A DNA stretch of 64,000 nt from Vezdaea acicularis (lineage: Eukaryota): contig JAPEUI010000008.1 in NCBI GenBank assembly GCA_026025075.1, positions 62,001 through 126,000 of the forward strand, written 5' to 3'. Numbering within the stretch: the stretch's first letter is position 1; the number at the start of each line of letters is the position of its first letter. This document shows positions 24,181-36,119 of this stretch, in pieces. Below the pieces are notes generated by a model that was given only the letters and a program-made list of their open reading frames with translations, searched no databases and was not told the DNA's origin. The translations under genes were made by a program, and so were the position numbers.

Positions 24181-24437
24181 ATGAATAGATAAGATCATGC
24201 TTCATGCTCCAGCCATCAACAGCCAAGGAGAGAGAAAAGAGATAAACTACTCCCCAACCCCCGCCTTTCTCACAAGAGCAGTGCTGTGTATGCATTGATT
24301 CCTCAGGAAGGCCGTAGGTAAATAGAAACAGAAGAAAAGCGCTGCACGGGTGTGGACGCAAGCAAGCAAGCAAGTAAAGCCCCCCCTGTGCCCCCCTCCC
24401 CCAGAGTTTCCCCCCAGGTTACCCCTCTCCAAGCAAA

Positions 24438-26175
24438 TCAAGCCTTCTCCACCGTCCCGACGCGCCCCTTCTCGACGTCCTCCTCACTAGCACTCTCGCT
24501 CCTCCTGACCTCGCTCTCCGCCCCATGCGCATGATGGCCATGACGTCCCACCACACCCCTAACAACCTCCTCGCCCGCCGCCTCGATAAGATCCGAGTCA
24601 TCATCCGCATGCATACTCCTACCCCTACGCTCGGGCCCGACGAACGTGAGCAGGATGACATAGAGAAAGACGGCGCCCATGAAGATACAGATGACCTTGC
24701 CATACTCATATCTCTTTGTGACTTTCCCATTCTTGGCTTTCAGGGGGGGGAGCGGAAAGCGTTCGCCGATAGTCGCCTCGATGGTGCTGCTGGCGGAGCT
24801 GACGAGGTTGCCGAGCTGGTAGCTGGTGCCGACGACGAAAGTGCGGAAGGAGCCCGGGGAGAGCTCCATGAGGTGGATAGGAATCACGCCCCAGGCGCCC
24901 TGGACGCAGAATTGCTCGAAGAAGGCGGCGGCGGCGACCGCGTGGCTGCTGGTGAAGGTGTAGGGGTAGAGGAGACAGCCGCCGACGATGCTGATGAAGA
25001 TGATGCTGAAGCGTCGTCCGAAGATTTGGGAGCAGTACCCGATCACGGTGCCGCCGGTCATGGCGCCGAGGTTGGCGACGACTTGCGTGACGGTCACGGC
25101 GTTGGCGCTGAATTTGTACTGGTTTTGCAGCATGGTGGGGTAGAGGTCTTGGGAGCCATGGGACTATGGGGGAGAAGAAGGGGTTAGCTAGGTTCGAGTA
25201 AGGTTTGGGGGGGGGGGGAAAGAAGTAGGAAGAAGAAAAAGAAATAAAGAGACGAACCATAAAGTTGAACCCAGCCATGAGGAGGACGAGATAGATCAGC
25301 AACAGCCAATGCTGGCGCAAGGCCACCTTGCCCTCCGCGACGAACGTCCCCGCGATATTCCCCTTCGCCTTGCGCACGGCCTGTCGCTCGCGGAAGGCCA
25401 CCGTCTCGGGGAGGGAAAGCCGGAACAGGATGATCAGCACCGGGGGGCATGCGCCGAACCAGAAGAGAGGCCGCCACCCATGGCTCGTGGTGTTCACGAG
25501 GCCCCTAGAGAAGACCGTCGCGAGCAAATACCCAAAGGCGTAGCCTTGCTGCAGCATGCCGGAGATGATACCACGCGCCGCCTCGGGGCAGTCCTCGAGC
25601 GCCGTGGCGGCGGCATTGCCGTAGAGCCCGCCCATGGCGATGCCGAACAGGGCGCGCACGGCCAGGAACTGCTTGTAGTTCTGCGTGAAGCCCGTGCCGA
25701 GCTCGAGGACGATGAAGAGGATGTTGTTGACGATGAAGGGCCATTTTCGGCCGTAGCGGTCGGCGGCGATGCCGAAGATGGTCGAGCCGACGGAGCGCAG
25801 CATCAGCACGAGGGTTATGCCCCATGTGATGTCGGCGTTCGTCTTGCCGAAGGTCTCGGCCAGGTCGCCGACGACGAGCGAGACGGTGAAGAAGTCGAAG
25901 GCGTCCCATGTCCAGGCTATGAAAGCGACCTGTGTGCTCCATGTTAGTATGCGCTGGCCCCACGTTTAGATGTGCGGGGGGGTTGGGGTTACCGAGAAGA
26001 AGAGCCATTGCTGCTTGTTCAACATCGCTAGGAGTTTGAAGGGATTGGGCGCCTTCGCCATAGGAGGCTTGAGCGTGGAGAAGCGCGTTGCGGCATAGCG
26101 GCCGATCGACATGTGCTCGTCGTCGTAGGAAATCGGCGCCGCATCGCGGGTGTCATCGTACTCGTTCTGACCCAT
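24438..26175 (-). CDS. JEN1: Carboxylate (lactate/pyruvate):H+ symporter, Jen1 family MFS
   Basis: AWTWDAFDFFTVS, GIAADRYGRKWPF, LFGIAMGGLYGNAAATALED, SGMLQQGYAFGY, NFM|SHGSQDLYPT, QGAWGVIPIHLMELSP and YQLGNL. Two introns. Confidence 0.95.
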
Positions 26176-27800
26176 CTTGGGGCGGTGGGGTCGAGGATCT
26201 GTGAAGCTTACGATGTGAGCCTTTATTCCTCAAGAAACGAGAGACGGTGGGCCCAGACACAATCTGAGCAGAGCCGCCCAAAGGATTGTTTGCAGCTACA
26301 CCAATAGGGCAGGTGGGGGCATCTGCGTGATAATGACGCACGGATGTCAATCACGGACGAGGGGATGTCGCGTGCTCACCTTATCGAGTTGTAGTATCTC
26401 TCAACAACACCTAAAGCATATCATCCGCAAAAGACGGCCGTGCTTGAATTGGCGCCAGGTCGAGAAGGCCTGTCAGACTGAAGGAAAGTCCGGTCCGTCT
26501 GGCGGGGACGTGACCATCTTTATACCGGGTTGTGCTACCTCGGATGGAGCCCCAGGATGGCATCCACCCTCCACCTCATCGCGGAGGGCGATCCGCGGTG
26601 CAGCGCCCTCGAAAGCGTCCACAGGGAAAACCAGCAGATGGGCAGCGGCTAGTGCGTCGTGGGTCGGCGCCATAGACGCTAGGCCCGACGGGACTCCACA
26701 CGGCGCTGCACGCCACGAGGGAGAAAAACGCGGGACCAATCGGCGCGATGACGCGGGGTGGACGGCCGACTAAGAAGTTGCTTGTGTGCGCCCCCGGAAG
26801 CCGACAGGAGCGCCGTGACCATAAACGCGCGGGGGAAAAACAATGGCTTCAATCTTCTATCCCGAGGGTCCAATCCCGCAGTAATGAGACCAGCGCTGAG
26901 GCCGCCCACACTCGGAGTAGTAGCAGCTTGTGACCTAGTTCATCCGCGCTGGCACCCTGTCAGACAGCAGGGACGGAGGATACAAGAATGTCCAGCAATC
27001 GGCTCCTCCTGCCCAGGTCTCGGGGATGCAGCGCGATGCAGCGACGCGGCGACCAGCTCAAGCTTTCGTATGGTGACACTGCAGATACAGTCAGATCCTG
27101 CGGTGCGTCTCAATGCCCTGCTATGTCGCGGGTTGCAGATCGACCATATGCCTACGAAAGACGACATCATATCAGCATAGACTCGCTCTCGACAAAAACC
27201 GCGCTATAACCTAATCCACTAGAAGGTCGTCCAATTCCTTACCACGCTCACCTCCACGAGAACGAACACTCCGGCCGAACAGACCTTCCCCGCATAACCT
27301 TCCTTCTCAGGGTCCCCTCCCCCCTCCACAGAGAGAAAACCCGAAACACCCGATAAGTTAATCCACCTCGCCATCGGATCATCTCGGCGGATCATTGTCG
27401 GAGCGAGCATCCCCCCTCGCACGGGCTTGCTAAAGTAGGGAAATATAGGGCCGTAATAATATCGCCGAACGGGAGCCACGAACGTCATACCCCAGCGCCC
27501 CAAAAATGCGGGGGAACCAATGGGAAAGCGGGGTATATTCGGCTCTTGTGTTCGGAAAAAGGTGGCCCCGCTAAGTGGTCCGGTTTCATTGGCCAATTCT
27601 ATCGGGAGGGACCACGGAAGAACTCGCTGCTGGGTGTCAGCACTCTAAATCATGACACACCCACCACTCCCCCCCCCCAACAAACCCGGCAATTGGACGA
27701 AAGGAGGCCCCTGATCCGTCGCTATGGGGGGCGGGCGAAGCCTTACCGGCAAGTGTCGTCACGATGAACTACCGACTGGAATTTCTGCAGAAGTTTGCAC

Positions 27801-27840
27801 ACAGCAACAGCAAGAGCAACAGCAAGAGCAACAGCAGCAT
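27801..27840. repeat. Imperfect (CAG/CAA)n microsatellite
   Basis: acagcaacagcaagagcaacagcaagagcaacagcagc. Confidence 0.7.
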
Positions 27841-28109
27841 GATCGCCGGATCATTCTCGTGTCCATTTCCGATAGAACTTCCAATTCTCGAAAATTTGCT
27901 AACTAGGAGCTATAATTTGCTACTCTACTCGACTTGGAAAGGGGGGAAGCAAGGAAGAGAAGGAAGGAAGGATAGAAGGATATAACACCGCGCTATGATG
28001 GTATACTACGGAGACGAGATGGTGCTGCGGCGACGGAGAAGACGGTGAAGACGTAATGGGATTCGGGCAGGAGAACGAGAGAATCATGTACGCTCGTCGT
28101 CAGACGACG

Positions 28110-28165
28110 GGAGGAGAAGGGAGAAGGAGGAGGAGAAGGAGAAAAAGAAGAAGAAGAAGAAGAAC
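28110..28165. repeat. (GGA/GAA)n purine microsatellite, probably in the 3' UTR of the kinase-like gene
   Basis: ggagaagggagaaggaggaggagaaggagaaaaagaagaagaagaagaagaa. Confidence 0.75.
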
Positions 28166-28427
28166 GCGGGTGAGAGGGGAGGGACCCGCGCCCGGAACGC
28201 GCCAAGCCAAAACCCTGGATCCGAAGCCCGACATATCGCTCGCGCTGATATGGGCCGCCCGCACGCGGCGTCGCGCTGGGGAAATTAGTGGTGTCTAGTA
28301 ACAGCATGGAAGAAGATGCTGAAGAAAAAGGAAGGAGATTCGTCTCGCGGACAAGGGTGCTGCTGCTTTCGGGGGGAGGTTTGTGCCGAACCAGCGCGGT
28401 CGACGTTCCGGTTCGGCGGGGTGATTG

Positions 28428-30071
28428 TCAATCGAAGAAGCTGTGTATCGACGAGCGGTCGCCCCAGCGCTGCTCGTACAACTGACTCAACTGGCCCATC
28501 TTCGGATGCAGGCTCGTCTCCGCGGGCCATATATTCGCAAACGCGGGCGTCAACGAAGCCGCCTTGGGTCTTTTCAAATGCTCGGGCTGGAGCATGCCCT
28601 CGATGCGAGCAAGCGCCGTCGAGTCCGCCGTTTGGACAGCCTGGCTGATTCCTCGAGATAAGCTCCTGAGCTCACGTATCCAACTCATGACTGCCCCTAG
28701 ATTGGCATGAAAACTCTCATCGCCATTGGACGCTCGAAAGTTGCGGAATGAATCAACGCTTCGTCCCTTGGCCAGCGTCATCATCTCCAGAAAGACGCAA
28801 CCCAGACTAAAGATGTCGGCGGATCGCAGCCGCTTGTTGCGGCTGATGGCTTCGGGTGCTGCGTAGATGTAGCTGGGATCGTTGAGCTTGCGAGTCGAGG
28901 GGTTCGCGTTGTTCTCCATCGCGCTAGGGTCCCTCGAGATGCCAAAGCAGGAATAGAGAATCTGGTCGCCGTTGACAAGGATCTTCGCCGGACGGATTTC
29001 ACGGTGCCGCATATCGTTCGCGTGAATGTATTCCAAGCCGCTCGCGAGATCCCTCATCCAGCTTCGAAGTAAGTCTGGTCGAACGGTGTCGGTTGGTAGC
29101 CTGAGATATTCAGCCATGTTGCAGGTAGCTAGTGGTGCCATGATGATTCCAAAGAGGTTACCCTGCGCGTAGGAGAGAGCCACGGTGGAAATGTTTGGGT
29201 GTCGGAGCTTCTTGAATGATCTGACCTCGCTTTCGAGGCGCGCTCTATGGGCTCTTTGAGAGCATACTATCGTTTTCCGCGCGTATGCTTCGCCGTTTCC
29301 TTCCGCGAGCCATCGAACCTTGTCCACTACAGTCTCTCCCCCGTCCCTTCGTGCCTTTATTACGTCTATTCTCTCGAAAGGGAGCCCTTCCCAATCCTTC
29401 ATCTCGACGTGCTCACCCAAGGAGACTTTACCGATCAGGACCTTTTTCTGAGCGTTCAAGACAGCTTCCACTCGCTCCATCTCAACGATGCATTCTATAT
29501 CCTGCCGAGTAAAAGGGAGCATGTCGTCCGAAAGGGGGTTGAAGATTGCAGCCACCGTCCAGCTACTGAGATTTCCAGTCATATACAACAAAAGAGCTGT
29601 ACGTGGGTTCTTGAGCGCCCACACATAGCATAGGTTGTTGGTAGGACGATCCCACCCCAGCTTGCTGAGCAGTCCTGGCAATAAGACTGAAAGTTTCATA
29701 TCAGCAATCACGCTCGGTGTCAGCGTCTCTTGCATCAACTCGGCTGGAGAAGGTAAACCCCGATTACGTTGAGCGAACGAAGAGGTCGACGAGTACTCGG
29801 AAGGCGTGGGCGACATTGGCATATAAGCAGAAAACGGGGTCCGTGGAGGCTCAACTGGAGGACGAACGGGACGCGGTGCAAGGGGAGTAGCACTTCGGCT
29901 TGTTGATGGGGGAGAATTTCGAGAAGGCCAGGGGTTTCGCGGGGTCTCGCTGCGGTCCGTGGACACGGAACTCTGCCATGGGTCCTTGGGAGTCGAATTT
30001 CGACTTATGTCTGGTGGTGAAGCAGGAGTCGGCCACCTCCATGACACCTGTTGCATATAAGTTGTTGCCAT
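28428..30071 (-). CDS. Protein kinase-fold protein, probable pseudokinase, with Ser/Pro-rich N-terminus
   Basis: YARK (subdomain II), ESEV..KKLRHPNI, LASGLEYIH, HREIRPAKIL, SCFGIS, YAAPE and ADIFSLGCVFLEM. Start placed at MATTYMQ; the ORF is open to 30305. Confidence 0.85.
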   Translation of the reverse strand: MATTYMQQVSWRWPTPASPPDISRNSTPKDPWQSSVSTDRSETPRNPWPSRNSPPSTSRSATPLAPRPVRPPVEPPRTPFSAYMPMSPTPSEYSSTSSFAQRNRGLPSPAELMQETLTPSVIADMKLSVLLPGLLSKLGWDRPTNNLCYVWALKNPRTALLLYMTGNLSSWTVAAIFNPLSDDMLPFTRQDIECIVEMERVEAVLNAQKKVLIGKVSLGEHVEMKDWEGLPFERIDVIKARRDGGETVVDKVRWLAEGNGEAYARKTIVCSQRAHRARLESEVRSFKKLRHPNISTVALSYAQGNLFGIIMAPLATCNMAEYLRLPTDTVRPDLLRSWMRDLASGLEYIHANDMRHREIRPAKILVNGDQILYSCFGISRDPSAMENNANPSTRKLNDPSYIYAAPEAISRNKRLRSADIFSLGCVFLEMMTLAKGRSVDSFRNFRASNGDESFHANLGAVMSWIRELRSLSRGISQAVQTADSTALARIEGMLQPEHLKRPKAASLTPAFANIWPAETSLHPKMGQLSQLYEQRWGDRSSIHSFFD

Positions 30072-31452
30072 GGGGCTTGTCTGAGTGCGGTTGTGGTGGT
30101 GCTGGCTGGTCAAGTCCAGTGACGATTGATTAGGAGAATTTGGATGTGAGGCAGCCCCAAAAGGATATGAGGATCGGACTGGGGCAGGATTAGGAAACGC
30201 GTTGGAGCAAGGACATGAAGTCACCACTTGCCTCGACGCATCTAGTCGACATGAAGGGACAAAATGCTCGCTGGAAACAACGATATGCAGGAAAGGACGG
30301 ATCAAGAGCTCATGCTAGAGAGGATCGAGACGTGTGCTGCGGAGATTAAGGGGAGCTCTCGAAGGGGGTCACACGAGCGCCTTGTAGGAAAAACAAGGAC
30401 CAAGATAACTTGAAAATGCAGGCAAGAATTGCGAAAGAAGCAATAAGTCAAGGGCCAGGACCTCGGAGCGAGAGAGCTATGTATCAAAAGATTGGCAGCG
30501 GGCACGCAGCAAACAGCTCTGGTTTTTACCAGCTACCCAGCGCCAGCAGCCGCACGCTTGATTGGACAGTTCCCGCCGTCCATTAGGGTAGGGTCGGCCC
30601 GCCCGCTGGAGCTACAGGTCCGACTGATTTACCCGTAGCTCTTACGAACGCCGTCGCCGTGAGAAATGATGCGTTGGCAATGAGAAAAAAGTTGCGTCGT
30701 CGCGCGTCTGGTGCCCCATCCCGTCATACTTAGCGCCTCAACGCGACCCATTCACACGGCTTCTCTACTGGGCTGACAAGTATGAATCGGGCTCCCCGCA
30801 GCTCTGGCCGCAGCGCCCGCCGCGATGGACAACTTGCCAACACCAGCCTCGGTTCTGCTGCGATAACTTGGATTTTTCTCTTAAACCTCTCCAACGACGC
30901 AACGTGTGCGCTTTTAACTTGCATCGCCGCTCGTGAGGGCACGCGGTTGGCCGGTGGTTGGTTTAGCGAGGCCTCCGTTGCGTGTATCGGCACCCGCTCC
31001 GATGCTGGTACGAGTACGACACCACGCCCGGATCGCAGAGGGGCCATTTAAATCCTCAGCTTCCGCGGTAGTCGAGATTGTGTACGTATCTATCGAGCAC
31101 GGAAGTCACAGTCTAGTAATACTGAGTCCAAAGGAAGCAACGAGGGCCAATCGATCGCTCGATATGTCAGGTCCGCATGGCTGTCTTTATCATTTGTGAC
31201 TGCTAATCTCATCTAACCGGCGCCACCCCAACCTCCGTGATAGAGGATGTATCATGCCAATGTCCAAGTCATGCCCCAGCTAATACAGTTCATTATCGCT
31301 GAATGCAATCATGCCAAGTTCATCACATTCTGATACACGCCAAAATGGACCCGCTCGAAAGTGCTTCTCAAATAGTGAACGCAGTGACAATAGAAATGGT
31401 AGTTTATATGTGAAAATGCAAGCTCATCATGACGTGCAAGAAGGACAAGGAA

Positions 31453-34400
31453 TCAGGTGTAGCTCCTCATGGCGTCCATATATCCAGTTCCACCCTTCAG
31501 ATCGTGATCGAAGCTTTCGGCGACGTCAAGGACGCGCTTGATATGCTCCATCGACAGGGGTTGTTGGACATTCACGGCCAAAGCCTGGGCGGTGCGCACG
31601 GCGTTCTTTATCTGAATAGTTTATCAAATTAGTAAGGGAATAGTAACAAAGCTAAGATAAGAGAGGACCAAGCTTACCTGTCGTCCGTTCAGCTGGTTGC
31701 GAGCCAGAGAATCGATGTCAGCGTCAGTAAATGTGGTCGTCTCAACTCCGTCCTTCTCCTTGACTTTCTGCAGGAACATCTTCCAGACGGATTTCTTAGC
31801 CTTGGTGGTAAGCTCTCCATATCTCAGGGCAACATGGATGCGACTTTGGAAAGCTTCGTCGAAGGTCTCCACTCGGTTGGTAGTCAAGAAGAGGATCCCT
31901 TGGAAGTACTCGAGGAGCCTCAAGAAGATGCTGACAAGGGCGTTCCGGTGGATGTCTTGGATGGTCCGCTTCTCGAGGAACACGTCGGCCTCATCCAAGA
32001 GCAGGATAGCCCCCCATGTGTGAGCGATATCCAGGATTCGGTTCAGCTCGGCTTCCAGAGTCCTCGGGTCCGTCCCAAGCTCGCCCGCACTAACCATATA
32101 CAGAGGGCGTTTCAATAGCTCAGCAATGCCCTCTGCAGTCAGCGTCTTGCCGGTTCCGGGTGGGCCATGGAGCACAGCCACCAAGCCCTTGCCCTTACCC
32201 TGGATGACATCGTCGATGTTCTTCGCCGCGTGATTGTGGTGGCTCTCCACAAGCGCTTTCACAATTGACTTCTGGTTGTCAGGAAGCACAAGCGAGTCGA
32301 AAGCACCCTCATTCCACTCGATATCGCGAACACCAGAGACCGTGAACTCAAGCCAAAGCTTTTCGGTGAAAGCGAAGCCGAGAACAACTGGGCTGGCCAG
32401 CATGAGCTCTTCCTCGGTGAATTCGGGCTCTTTCTCTTTGTCCTGTTCGCCAAGCTCCTCGATATTCTCTTCTTGCACTTCTTCACCCTCTTCGTCAACG
32501 CGGACTTTGACGTAATGCGCTTCACCCTCATCATCCCAGACAACCTTGACCTTCGTCTTTTGCTTCACCTCTTCGTCACCAAGACCACCCGTGATACTGT
32601 TCTTACCATCCTTGTTACGCTTTTCCTGCTTCTCGCCGTTGGCGTCTCCATTTTCACTACCACTTTCACAGCCACACCCATCATCGCTACAATCTTCGTC
32701 CTCAGAGTCAGAGTATAGATCGTCGGGATCAGTCGGTTTGACAGTGCTGACAGAGTAGTTCGGATTTATCCGACGGTGGAGGCCAGGGTCGATCATGATT
32801 CTCCCGTTGATGTTGACCTTAATGATGCTCTTCTTCTTCTTGTAGTAGGCGAGTGAGTTGTGGAAACGGTAGTTGCTACCTTTGAGGTCCACAAACTTGC
32901 GGCCCCGCTCGATGAGACTCTTCTTGAGGTCCTCCTGGTCCTTGTGGTATTTGAGTGGATAGACGTTCAAAAGAGTGATTTTCCTTGCACCTTTGAATGC
33001 ATCGACCTCAACCTGCATCTGGCCCATACCGAAAGACTTTCCATCATACTCGAGATAACGTCCTTCGATGACGTACCAGGTTCCGCGCATGAAGGAGCAT
33101 TCCTTCGTGGCGGATTCAACTTTGAACGCCCTGGGCTGATCGACGCTCCCGTAGGTGGTAGTATAAGCGATTGTATTCGGCTTGAACAGCGCCCATAGAA
33201 GGTCGAAGTTGATTAGGCCTGACTCAAGCATGGGGTATAGAGTTTTCTTAGTGTCAGAAAAGTCGGTGTCTAGATACTTGATGAAGACCTTCATATGAGC
33301 AACCTTTAAGGAAATCTGTTTCTTCTCCTTCTTCTTAAGCTTCTTGCTCTTCCTCAGTTTCAGCTTGAGGCTCTTCATTAGCGCTCGCATCTCTTCAAGG
33401 TAGAGAAATAGCATGTTGGGATCAACCTATGACAATGTTAGCCATACTATAACGTGCAAACCCCAGTTAAATCCGCGACATACCGTTGGTGTGTCTTCAA
33501 CTAAGCTGACACCTTTCACGCCATCCATTATCTCGTTGAGCATCTCCTTCAGCTGACTACTCTTGATATCCACAACCGTACTGTCATATTTGTTCTCCCA
33601 GTTGAACTTCCTTCGCACTGTGAAGATGTACTGATCATATTCGTCAGCATCTTCGTCCTCGGCTGTATCTGTGAGCTTGTAGTTGTGTATTTGGGTGTCC
33701 CAGACTATAGCGCAACTAAGTCAGCCGAAACTCGAGCAATGATATTGTTGGAAAGCTTGGTAACCTACGTTGATCGACTCTCTTATACTCAACTTTGCTA
33801 GCCCGCTTCTGTTTCTTGGTCTTCTTGCTCTTCTTTGAAGAGCTCTTGCCCTTACCCTTCCGCTTGACCTTGAGACTCTGGGCCGCCACATCCGCCTGCA
33901 GTTGCTTAATCTGGGCCTTCATGGTTGCCTTGTCGTCCTCGTCATCACTCTCATCATCCGATACCACGGGTGATCGCTTGGCCTTCTTCGACTTCTTCTT
34001 CTTTGATTTCAACGGCTTCTCATCCTCAGACTCCGCTTCTGACTCAGTATCCTCATCAGAAGAGTCATCGGACTCGGTTTCCGTCTCCACCTTCTTATGG
34101 CCCTTGGACTTCTGTCTCGCCTTTAGCTTCTTCTTTTTCTCTACCAAAGCCTTCCGCAGTTTTTTCTTCTGCTTCAGGTTACCCCCTTCTGTCTCAGACT
34201 CTTCGGATGACGAAGAGGAATCACTCGATTCATCTTCTTCCGACTCGCTGGAGCTATCACTGCTCTCAGACGAGGAGTCGTCTGGAGATATGACCTTCTT
34301 CTTACCCTTCTTCGCACGTTTCTTATGCTTCGACTTGCAGCCCTTCTTGGTGCACACCTTCTTGCCACTCAGTTTGAGCTCCTGCTTCGCGGACGAGCCG

Positions 34401-34645
34401 ACTTCCGCAGGGGTTGCATCTACCTCCTCCTTGACTGGAGAAGTCTCCGTCTTGTCCATGATAGCGGACTCGGTGAAGGCGTTCAAATCGAGTGAGACGG
34501 TTTTTGAAGTACCGATGGAGTGTGGAGGAGTTTCGGAAGGCGTCACAGCTGGCGTCAACGGGTCACCGTCTTGACTTGCGTTGTGGGCGGGAGCCGAAGA
34601 TGGCGAGGAGGACGTGAGATGATTCTCAAAGTGAGACGTGGTCAT
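31453..34645 (-). CDS. Fungal AAA+ ATPase with Lys/Ser/acidic low-complexity N-terminus
   Basis: Walker A LHGPPGTGKTLTAE, Walker B LLLDEADVFL, LFLTTNRV and AFQSRIH. The last exon reads IKNAVRTAQALA...AMRSYT*. Three introns. Confidence 0.92.
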
Positions 34646-36119
34646 GGGATAGAGAAAAGATTACTTGCGTTCGCATGCGCTTGACGTGAGGAGAAGAGTT
34701 GTCACATAGAAAGTGAAGTGAATGGGAAGAGATCAGCGAGACCTTCTCAAACCACTTAGATGAATGCACAGAGGTAATTGTAGTCTGCAGTAGGTGCAGT
34801 GGCAGAACTAAACCGGTGGGATTGGAGTGGTCTTAATAGTGAGTCTTCAGACCAACCAATATCTCGTCAGCCACCGCTGGTTGCCTAAAGAGGGACTCGG
34901 TCAGCAGTAGTTGCAGCGAGCTTTCGGAACCCTGCGAAACGTGCATGTGGTCCGTAGTCGGCGAGCCTTGGGCGAGAAGCCAATCAGGACCCTTGCAAGC
35001 TCCCATCGTACGCGTCCACGCATTCCGATAGCAACTTCGAGCGTGGACAGGAACCATGGATGAAATCGGATTGTTTATGGGCCTGTGTAGACTGGGCCAT
35101 TGGCTCCTCACTATCAACTATGGGTTTTGCTAAACTACACTTTCAGCTCATGGACCGGGCGTCAAGCCCCCACCCGCCCCGCATCAGCCAGGCAGCACAG
35201 GCAGAAACCGTGGCGCAGGAAGTCTACCAGGCTCAGTCGCAGTCAACCGGCCAATAAGGACTGCCATTAATGTAATATGTTCGAGTGACTCAATTATGCT
35301 TTTTGCAAGCCTTCACTTGGGATCGGCAGCAGCATGCTTGTACAGCTGATGGACGGCGCAGCTTTGATAGTTACAACTTAGGGTTTTCGGCGTTTGTGCC
35401 GCTGGTACATGTACGACGTTTTGCGGTGATTTAACTGGTGGCCTGAACAACGTGCATGCGCATCCCATCACGCATACTTCAGGGTACAAAACCCCAGTAC
35501 GATTGCCGATTCAAATAGGCTTATGTAACAGGCTTCCGGGGTGATACGATGCGTAACCATCTGTGAACCATTTGTGCAGATTGTGCGTGTTGCGTGACAA
35601 TGCTGGCACGTCTTCCACCTACGAGATAGCATCCTGGCGGATTACTCTGCTGCCCGAGAACACAGGACGTACAAGCACGATCGTAGATTCACTGATATAC
35701 GGGAACAAGGATGATTTTAGCAACGGCATAAGTCCTACAGAAATACAATAAAGAAGCAATTTTGATAGCTGTCGGCACCGCCCGATCATATTGGAGACTG
35801 CAACCTCCTCCTCCCCCCCCCCCCATTCTGATATCTTGTCCCACCCTCTCCCAGCTACAGCACCAGCTGCTTGAGTTTGATAACCGGAAATAGCAGGTAG
35901 ACGTCAGAATGGGTACAGACGCCATTATACCCTCCCATCTTCTGTATCAATTAAATGACCCAGCGAGATCCTGGCTGGAGTGTAGGCAACAGCAACGAAT
36001 TAGGTAAAGGAAATGGCTTGAGTGAAGGTGAATCAGAAGACGCTGTAGAAAGGCTAGGACGACACAAGAATCGAGGTTTCTCATCAAGAAAATCATGCTG
36101 GTAGGTTGCCGCCGGAGCT

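Noticed and set aside
24525..25947. Long plus-strand ORFs antisense to JEN1 (similar ones occur opposite the PPR, AAA ATPase and KGD1 genes)
   Set aside because: Shadow ORFs caused by the codon bias of the real gene.
26300..27600. About ten CreA-type SYGGRG sites upstream of JEN1
   Set aside because: Biologically plausible, but roughly the number expected by chance in GC-rich DNA of this length.
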